The position numbers were made by a program, and so were the translations under genes. Below the pieces are notes generated by a model that saw nothing but the letters and a program-made list of their open reading frames with translations, had not been told where the DNA came from and ran no database searches. Positions 57,362-64,000 of a stretch of 64,000 nt of DNA are shown here, in pieces (within the stretch, counting starts at the first letter, position 1; the number at the start of each line of letters is the position of its first letter). The DNA is taken from the NCBI GenBank assembly GCA_965223415.1, contig OZ245002.1, forward strand, positions 5,344,001 to 5,408,000, in the 5' to 3' direction. The DNA comes from Myxococcota bacterium (GTDB lineage: Bacteria; Myxococcota_A; UBA9160; UBA6930).

Positions 57362-58450
57362 TCAAGGTCTGGCAACTTCGGGAACAGGACCGAGCGCCGC
57401 GAACTCCGCGAGAATGCGGTTACCGCCCGTGCGGGCGGATAGCTCGTCGCGAATCTGTCGCATGCGGTGGGCGTTCTGGCGCTGGCGCGCGGGCCCCCTC
57501 TGCCGCTCGAGCGCGCGTTCCAACACCGCATCGACGACCTCGCGACCCGAGACGGGCTTACCGGGTCGGTCGAGCAGCGTCCGGCAGGCGACCTCCGCGA
57601 GCACGCAGTCGAGCTGGTCGACGTGGATGTTCTCGTCCTCCTGGATGCAGCTCACGATGAAGGGCGCCCACTCGGGGCTGGCGGAGCCCGTGGGATCCGA
57701 GAGGACGTCCCGCGCCCAGGCGAAGGTGGCGTAGGCCCCGTGCTCGATGAGGAGAAGCTGCGCGAGACCCGAGAGCAGGATCTCGAATCCGCCGTCGAGG
57801 TCGGGGAAGAGGGGCCGGTAGCCACCGCCGTGAGCCGCGCGCATCGCGTCCGGGGACGCCACTGCCCTCCCTTCGTAGCCAGGAGGTGGGACGAAGGGCA
57901 GGTTCTCATACATGTCGGGCGTGATCTCAGGATCTTCCAGGGCGGCGTCGCGGATCGCGTACCACATGCGGTCGTGGCCAGCTTCGTCTCCGCGGCCGGC
58001 TTCGTCGTTGCCGTGCGCCTCGAGCAGCCCCGTGTAGAGATGGTCTAGGCAGGTCCCCTCGACGGAGTCGGCGAAGAGAGGCTGGAGATCGGGCCGGGGC
58101 ATGGCCCGGATGCCGGCGTTCCCGAAGCCCTCGACGATCCCGATCATCGTCAGGATTCGCGTCATCGCCCCCTTGGCTCCGTGTCGCAGCAAGAGCTTGG
58201 CCTGTGGCGCGTTGGGGAAGTGCTCGAGGGCGAGCTGCTCGCGCGCCACCACGCGCGACGGGTAGCCCTCGCTCTCCAGGCGTTCGCGCCAGACGCGGAT
58301 GGCGTCCAGGCGGTGGAGGCTGCGCGGCGGGATGTAGCGTCCGTCTCCGTCGAGGCCGCCGTGGAAGCGGACACCTCCACGGCCAAGGCGCGAGGCATAG
58401 GCGCGCTCGGCCATGAGCTCGTCGTAGCTATAGCGGAGTTTGTCGCTCAC
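57362..58450 (-). CDS. Hypothetical protein, probable ferritin-like diiron fold
   Basis: IVEGFG, DEAGHDRMW, LLIE and DENIH in E..ExxH..E..ExxH order. Confidence 0.65.
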   Translation of the reverse strand: MSDKLRYSYDELMAERAYASRLGRGGVRFHGGLDGDGRYIPPRSLHRLDAIRVWRERLESEGYPSRVVAREQLALEHFPNAPQAKLLLRHGAKGAMTRILTMIGIVEGFGNAGIRAMPRPDLQPLFADSVEGTCLDHLYTGLLEAHGNDEAGRGDEAGHDRMWYAIRDAALEDPEITPDMYENLPFVPPPGYEGRAVASPDAMRAAHGGGYRPLFPDLDGGFEILLSGLAQLLLIEHGAYATFAWARDVLSDPTGSASPEWAPFIVSCIQEDENIHVDQLDCVLAEVACRTLLDRPGKPVSGREVVDAVLERALERQRGPARQRQNAHRMRQIRDELSARTGGNRILAEFAALGPVPEVARP

Positions 58451-59112
58451 TCACCTACCTCCTCGTCAAACGTCGCTGAGCCCTCGTTCGACGCGAGGGA
58501 TGCGACCACGGCAGGCCAGGCGTCGGGCCTCATCACACCGAAGAGCACGAAGCGCGTGAGCTCTCGGATGAACCGCTCGGTGAGGGCGTGCACCTGTGCG
58601 TCGTCTTCTGCGAGCGCACGCACACGGAGCGACCAGACGTGCGCCGCCGCGGTCAGAATGTGTCCGAGCATCTCGGGATCGATTCCGTCCTGCGTGCGCG
58701 GACTGTCCGCCAGGCTGCGAAGCTCTCGCACGTAGCGGCTCCAGCCCTCGTCGTGCGGCATCGGGATCTCGTGGAGCGTCTGGAACATCCAGAGGCGCGA
58801 GATCTCGGGGTGCTCCACGAAGAAGCGCACCATCTCGCCGAGGCGTTCGCCGGAGGGAACGTCCTGCGTCAGCAACAGACTCACCTCGTCGGAGAGCTCG
58901 GCCATCACGGCGCCGATCAGCTCTTCCCGCGTGCGGTAGTGCTGGTACGCCGTCGTGCGGTTGACGCCAGCGCGGTGGGCGACCTCAGACACGCTGAGAG
59001 CTTCGGGACCGCGCTCGGCCAGGACGGCCCGGGCCGCCTTCAGGATGGCAGCCGCGGTGGCAGCCGGACCGCCCTCGGGACGGGCGGGCGGCGGCGAGGG
59101 CTCCTTGACCAT
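58447..59112 (-). CDS. TetR/AcrR family regulator, paralog of 2860-3477
   Basis: LSVSEVAHRAGVNRTTAYQHY; shared QDGID.EMLG and LFG..RP.AWP motifs. Confidence 0.9.
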   Translation of the reverse strand: MVKEPSPPPARPEGGPAATAAAILKAARAVLAERGPEALSVSEVAHRAGVNRTTAYQHYRTREELIGAVMAELSDEVSLLLTQDVPSGERLGEMVRFFVEHPEISRLWMFQTLHEIPMPHDEGWSRYVRELRSLADSPRTQDGIDPEMLGHILTAAAHVWSLRVRALAEDDAQVHALTERFIRELTRFVLFGVMRPDAWPAVVASLASNEGSATFDEEVGE

Positions 59113-59144
59113 GCCGAGAGGATGCAGCGCCGGACGAGGTGAGT

Positions 59145-59158
59145 CAACAACGTTGTTG
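59145..59158. promoter_or_regulatory. Perfect 14-bp palindrome, putative TetR operator
   Basis: CAACAACGTTGTTG between divergent tetR and thiolase-like gene. Confidence 0.7.
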
Positions 59159-59198
59159 TCTCTCCGTGTGATAGGCTCTCTGGCTCAAGGGAGCACAC

Positions 59199-60374
59199 GT
59201 GGCTTTTCTGGGCGGCCGGTACGCCATCGCAGGGGTCGGAGAGACCGATTGGTCGCCGGAGTCGGGCCGAACGCCGCTGACCCTCGGACTCCAAGCCGCC
59301 CGGCAGGCCCTGGCCGACGCAGGGCTGCGTCCGCAGGACCTGGATGGGTTCCTCTCATACGCGGAAGCCGACTCGGCTGACGGGCTCCATCTCGCCTCGG
59401 GCCTGGGGGCCCAGCCGAGCTACTCAGCGGAGATCGTGGGCGGTGGCTCCTCGGCCGAGTTTCTCGTCGCCACCGCCGCGGCCGCCATCGAGGCCGGACT
59501 CTGCTCGACGGTGCTCTGTTACCGGGCCATGAACGGTCGATCAGGACGACGCTTTGGAACCCAGGCGGACGGCGGCTTCAGCTTCGAGCAGATCTATCCC
59601 TTCTCGGGCTTCTTCTCCGCTCACGGCATCACGACACCCGCGCAGTACTACGCCCTGATCGCTCGCCGCCACATGCACGAGTACGGGACGACGACGGAGC
59701 AGCTCGGGGCCGTGGCCCTCGCGTTCCGGGGGCACGCGTGCCGCAATCCGCGGGCGATGATGCACGAGCGGCCTCTCACGATGGCGGACTACCTCGCCGC
59801 TCCCCTCGTTGCGGATCCGTTCCGTGTCCTCGACTGCTGCCTCGAGAGCGATGGGGCCGCGGCCTGCATCGTGACCTCGCTCGAACGGGCGCGCGACTGC
59901 CGGTCCCGCCCCGTACGCATCCTCGGTGCCGTCGCCCGGGCGGGAGGCCAGGGCATCTACCACTACGGGCTTCCGGCGATCACGGAGGCTGCCGGCCGCC
60001 ACGTCGCGCCCCGGCTGTTCGGGATGGCCGGCCTCCGACCGAGCGATGTCGACGTCGCGGGCATCTACGACTGCTTCACCTTCGTCGTCCTGCTCCAGCT
60101 CGAGGACTTTGGCTTCTGTAAGAAGGGCGAGGGTGGGTGCTTCGCGGAGGGTGGCCGGCTCGCAGTTGGGGGCGAGCTGCCGTGCAACACGGCGGGGGGC
60201 CAGCTCTCCGAGGCCTACACCCACGGGATGAACAACCTGATGGAGGTCGTGCGCCAGCTGCGCGGCGAGTACGCAGGCGGCGAGCGTCAGGTAGCGCACG
60301 CGGAGGTCGGGCTCTGCACGGGCTGGGGCGGACCCGAAGTGGCGTCCGGACTTCTGTTGGGAGATGGAGCGTGA
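59199..60374 (+). CDS. Thiolase-fold lipid-transfer protein (Ltp2-like aldolase)
   Basis: AIAGVGET, DCCLESDG, IYDCFT, NTAGGQLSEAYTHG; no Cys at the acylation loop (GGGSS). Confidence 0.87.
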   Translation: MAFLGGRYAIAGVGETDWSPESGRTPLTLGLQAARQALADAGLRPQDLDGFLSYAEADSADGLHLASGLGAQPSYSAEIVGGGSSAEFLVATAAAAIEAGLCSTVLCYRAMNGRSGRRFGTQADGGFSFEQIYPFSGFFSAHGITTPAQYYALIARRHMHEYGTTTEQLGAVALAFRGHACRNPRAMMHERPLTMADYLAAPLVADPFRVLDCCLESDGAAACIVTSLERARDCRSRPVRILGAVARAGGQGIYHYGLPAITEAAGRHVAPRLFGMAGLRPSDVDVAGIYDCFTFVVLLQLEDFGFCKKGEGGCFAEGGRLAVGGELPCNTAGGQLSEAYTHGMNNLMEVVRQLRGEYAGGERQVAHAEVGLCTGWGGPEVASGLLLGDGA

Positions 60375-60379
60375 GCACG

Positions 60380-60838
60380 ATGCCCCGTCCCCTCCCCTGC
60401 CCGGACCCGGATACCCGTCCGTTCTGGGAGGCCTGCCGGCGGCGCGAGCTGAGTCTGCAGCGGTGTGTCAGCTGCGAGGCGTTCCGGTTCTATCCGGAGC
60501 CGGTCTGCCCGGCGTGCGGCTCGCCCGAGAGCCGGTGGCAGCGCATCAGTGGGCGCGGCGAGGTCTACAGCTACGTCGTCGTCCATCGCGCGTCGCATCC
60601 GGCCTACGCTGACGACGTCCCGTACGCGGTCGCGCTGGTCGAGCTCGAAGGAACCGGCGGAATCCGCCTTCCCGCGCGCGTCGTGGAGTGCCCTCCCGAG
60701 CGGGTGGGAGTCGGAATGGCGGTGGAGGTGTGCTTCGAGGACGCGAGTGACGAGATCACGCTTGCCGTCTTCCGCCCGGTCGACTCTCCGGGGGGCGAAC
60801 ACCCGATTCGACGTCGCGACCGAGGCGCCGATGCCTGA
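60380..60838 (+). CDS. DUF35 Zn-ribbon/OB-fold protein
   Basis: PFWEA..QRCVSC...CPACGS...GEVYSYVV...PYAVALVEL. Confidence 0.9.
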   Translation: MPRPLPCPDPDTRPFWEACRRRELSLQRCVSCEAFRFYPEPVCPACGSPESRWQRISGRGEVYSYVVVHRASHPAYADDVPYAVALVELEGTGGIRLPARVVECPPERVGVGMAVEVCFEDASDEITLAVFRPVDSPGGEHPIRRRDRGADA

Positions 60839-61949
60839 CCTGGGGTTCTTCGACCGGGCGGTCCGCCAGCGGGAGCGACAGCGCTGGTTCGAAGATCCGC
60901 CGCCGGGTCCACTCGACGGGCGCGATCCCGAGCCTATCCCCGGCGGCCCGAGCCGGCTCGTCGTCGCCCGGGGCGACGACTCCCTGGACGCCTCCGGCGC
61001 GCCGCGCGGGGATGTCATCCGCTCGGTGCTCGCTCGCGGCCTCTCCGGGCTCACCGGGGAGCCCGATGAGCGGAGCGCGTGGGCCTCGCTCCTCTCTGAG
61101 CTTCGCCCGGGCCACATCGTCGGGATCAAGCTCAACACGGTTGCCGTCCATCTCGCCCCACACCGGGTGGTGGTCGACGCACTGGTCGCAAGCTTGGCCG
61201 AGGTGGGTGTCCAGCGCCGCGACATCGTTATCTGGGACAACCTGGGCCACCTCGGTCCGATGCGGATGCGTTTCTACGGAGATCTCGAGAAGCCCGAAGG
61301 CGCCTACTACCAGGGAATGGCGCGGGCGGGCTTCGTGCCTGACTCCCGTGCCGCTCCTCGCCTGCTATGCACCGTTCCCCGGCCCGTCGGCCTGGGCTAC
61401 GCCCGCAGCGTCCGCGCGGCAATCCCCTCGAAGGGGCTGCGGCTGCCAGTCTCGAAGATCCTCACGCGCGTTTGCGATCACATCATCAACCTGCCGGTAC
61501 CGAAGGATCACCGCATTACGGGCGTCACCTGCGCGCTCAAGAACTTCTACGGCTGCGTCCCGCTCTGGGATACGTTTCGACCCACTCACGCCGACCGCAT
61601 GCACGCGAGCCGCGGCGACCCGCAGATCGCCGAGCTGTACGCCAACCCGTGCATCTCGGGAAAGGTCCGACTTCATCTCTGCGACGCCTTGCGTGCGATC
61701 TACGACGGCGGAGCCTGGGGCGAGCCGCAGCTCGAGCCACGGAGTCTCTTGCTCGCCGCGGATCCGGTGGCCCTCGACGCGTACATGCTCGCGTTGGTCG
61801 ACGGTGGGCGAAGGGCGCAGGGCATCGAGCGAGTGGCCCGGCGGGCACGCTACATCGAGTCCGCCGCGCGCCTGGGCCCGGGCACGAACGACCCGGCCTC
61901 GATCGACCTCGTCGATGCGTTCGGGAAGTCGATTGCATGGCCGAGCTGA
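60831..61949 (+). CDS. DUF362 domain protein
   Basis: VGIKLN, IINLPVPKDH..GVTCALKNFYG, DPVALD. Confidence 0.8.
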   Translation: MPDLGFFDRAVRQRERQRWFEDPPPGPLDGRDPEPIPGGPSRLVVARGDDSLDASGAPRGDVIRSVLARGLSGLTGEPDERSAWASLLSELRPGHIVGIKLNTVAVHLAPHRVVVDALVASLAEVGVQRRDIVIWDNLGHLGPMRMRFYGDLEKPEGAYYQGMARAGFVPDSRAAPRLLCTVPRPVGLGYARSVRAAIPSKGLRLPVSKILTRVCDHIINLPVPKDHRITGVTCALKNFYGCVPLWDTFRPTHADRMHASRGDPQIAELYANPCISGKVRLHLCDALRAIYDGGAWGEPQLEPRSLLLAADPVALDAYMLALVDGGRRAQGIERVARRARYIESAARLGPGTNDPASIDLVDAFGKSIAWPS

Positions 61950-62764
61950 AGCCGCGCGACGGTTGGCTCGACGACCGGCTTCACTGGCTCGAGTGGGGAC
62001 CTCCGGAGGCGCCCCCAGTCCTTCTGGTGCACGGGATCACTGGGAACGCCCGCGACTGGCAGGTTCTTGCCACTACCGCCGCCCTGACACATCGGATCGT
62101 GGCACTCGACCTCCGCGGGCACGGCGAGAGTGCATGGGCCGAGGGTGAGACTTACGAACACCTCGACTACATCGCGGACCTGCTGGCAATGATCGAACGG
62201 ATTGGCGCGCCAGTCACCCTCATCGGTCATTCGATCGGAGGCCATGTCTGCCTCGTCCTGGCGGCGCTCAAGCCAGACCTCGTCGCGTCGCTCGTCCTGG
62301 TGGACATCGAAGCGTTCCCGCCGCGCGAACAGCCCGAAAAGCTGCGACGCTTGGGGACACGTTCCCATCCCGTCTTCGAGGATCTCGACGCGGTCGTCCG
62401 GCAGATCCGGGAGCGTCACCCCCATGTGCCAGACGAACTCGCGCGAGCCAAGGCGATCCACGATACACTCGGGCAGCCCGACGGGACTCGCGTCTACCGC
62501 TTCGATCGAGGGGTGCTCCGCAGAGTAACGGCTCCGGACGCCCGCCCGTACCTTCCCAGGATCGGCTGCCCCGTACTCCTGGTGAGGGGCAATGAGAGCT
62601 CCGTCATGCGTGCCGCGGCCGCTAGGCAGATGGCGGAGGCGCTTCCCGACGCGTCGCTCATCGAGGTCCCCTCCGCCGGCCATTGGCCGCAGCTCGAGAA
62701 TGCGGAAGCCTTCACTCTCGCAGTGACAACGTTTCTTCTGGGCCGGCGCGCGGGCCCGAGCTAG
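61937..62764 (+). CDS. Alpha/beta hydrolase
   Basis: LVHG, DLRGHGES, GHSIGG, AGHW. Confidence 0.9.
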   Translation: MAELKPRDGWLDDRLHWLEWGPPEAPPVLLVHGITGNARDWQVLATTAALTHRIVALDLRGHGESAWAEGETYEHLDYIADLLAMIERIGAPVTLIGHSIGGHVCLVLAALKPDLVASLVLVDIEAFPPREQPEKLRRLGTRSHPVFEDLDAVVRQIRERHPHVPDELARAKAIHDTLGQPDGTRVYRFDRGVLRRVTAPDARPYLPRIGCPVLLVRGNESSVMRAAAARQMAEALPDASLIEVPSAGHWPQLENAEAFTLAVTTFLLGRRAGPS

Positions 62765-62775
62765 TGGGAGACGGA

Positions 62776-64000
62776 ATGTTCGAGCTCGACGACACACAGC
62801 GCGCCTTCGAGTCGGCCGTGCGGGGCTGGTGTGAGAGGGAGCTGGCCCCGGCCGTGCCGGCGCTCGAGTCTGGCGATCAGCTTCCCTATGACCTGTTGCG
62901 CAAGTTGGGCCGTGACCTAGGCGTAGCCGAGCTGTTGGGCCAGACGGCGGAACGCCGCTTGCGAACGCTCCAGCGCGGTTCGGCCCCAAGCGCAGAAGCT
63001 CGAGAGAGCTCCGGCGATGGCGGCATGGCAGACGATCCGATGCTCACGAGCCTCCTGCTCAAGGAGATCTCACGCGTGTCCCCGGGCTTCGGAATGGTAT
63101 TCATCGCGACGCTGGGCTGCGGCATGGCGATCCTGGGCCGGGGGAGTCGCGAGGCCATCGAGCACTGTGCCCTTCCCGTCCTCCGCTTCGAGAAGATCGG
63201 CGCCTGGGCGCTGACGGAACCCGGTGCCGGCAGCGATGCCTTCGGCAGCATGCACACGACGGCGGTCCTCGAAAGCAACACGCTCGTCCTGAACGGGCAG
63301 AAGACCTTCATCAGCAACGCGCCATACGCAGACGTCTTCGCCATCTACGCGCGCGTCGCGGCGAGCCCGCACGTTTCGACCGACGAGAGGCCGGTGCGCG
63401 CGATCGTCGTCGAGCGCGGGACGCCGGGGCTCGAAACGGGACCCCCGATGCGCAAGATGGGCATGCACGACTCGCCCACGGGTGAAATCTTCCTCCGGGA
63501 CTGCCGGGTCCCGCACGACAATCTGATCGGATCGGTCGAGGCGTCCACGGGTGCGCGTGGATCGGCCGCACTCGACACACTCAACCACGAGCGTGCCGTC
63601 ATGCCCGCCATGTGCCTCGGCATCATCGAGCGCTGCGTCGAGGAGTCGATCCGCCACGCGGGGCAGCGCGAGCAGTTCGGGCATCCGATCGCCGAGTTCC
63701 AGGGCGTGGCCTTCAAGCTGGCCCGCATGGAGCTGACCCTCGAGAACGCCCGCAACCTGGTGGCCAAGCTGGCCTGGGCGCAGCGCGAGGGGCGGCTCGA
63801 CGCCCGGCTCGCCTCGCTCGCCAAGCTCTACTGCGCCGAGGAGGCCGTGCGCGTCTCGCTCGACGCGATTCAGATCCACGGCGGCGCGGGCTATATGGCC
63901 GAGCTTCCCCTCGAGAAGCTCATGCGCGACGCGAAGATGTTCGAGATCGGGGGCGGGACCAACGAGATCCAGCTCCAGACCATTGCCCGTTCGATCTTGG
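62776..64000 (+). CDS. Acyl-CoA dehydrogenase (3'-partial; absent from the ORF track)
   Basis: WALTEPGAGSDAF, LNGQKTFISNA, KMGMH, REQFGHPIAEFQ, IHGGAGY, EIGGGTNEIQ. Confidence 0.93.
   Translation, partial: MFELDDTQRAFESAVRGWCERELAPAVPALESGDQLPYDLLRKLGRDLGVAELLGQTAERRLRTLQRGSAPSAEARESSGDGGMADDPMLTSLLLKEISRVSPGFGMVFIATLGCGMAILGRGSREAIEHCALPVLRFEKIGAWALTEPGAGSDAFGSMHTTAVLESNTLVLNGQKTFISNAPYADVFAIYARVAASPHVSTDERPVRAIVVERGTPGLETGPPMRKMGMHDSPTGEIFLRDCRVPHDNLIGSVEASTGARGSAALDTLNHERAVMPAMCLGIIERCVEESIRHAGQREQFGHPIAEFQGVAFKLARMELTLENARNLVAKLAWAQREGRLDARLASLAKLYCAEEAVRVSLDAIQIHGGAGYMAELPLEKLMRDAKMFEIGGGTNEIQLQTIARSIL

Overview
This is a high-GC bacterial window; the gene content resembles Myxococcota/Binatia-type heterotrophs, which is an inference only. 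The left ~39.4 kb is a dense run of catabolic genes: the 3' end of xsc, alpha/beta hydrolases, enoyl-CoA hydratase, LLM/F420-type oxidoreductases, a BVMO, SDRs, a sulfotransferase, two DUF3604 proteins and TetR regulators. It carries one intact IS5-family element. From ~39.5 to 54.3 kb lies an accessory region marked by minus-strand tRNA-Arg(TCG) and tRNA-Asp 3' remnants. In it, a saccharopine-dehydrogenase-like gene is split by an IS3-like element with an unusual 17-bp flanking direct repeat and by an IS21 that itself contains a second IS21. The region also holds a vapBC pair, a TPR adenylate cyclase and a stack of IS remnants. The last 10 kb is a divergent TetR-associated lipid/steroid-type module: SDR, BVMO, broken sterol desaturase and ferritin-like protein on one side, and Ltp2-like aldolase, DUF35, DUF362, hydrolase and ACAD on the other. 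Notable signals are two inferable TetR operator motifs, a 61-bp palindrome that gives two divergent genes the same N-terminus, an alcohol dehydrogenase pseudogene carrying an inverted piece of itself, and repeated internal gene deletions. All product names come from motif recognition, not database searches.
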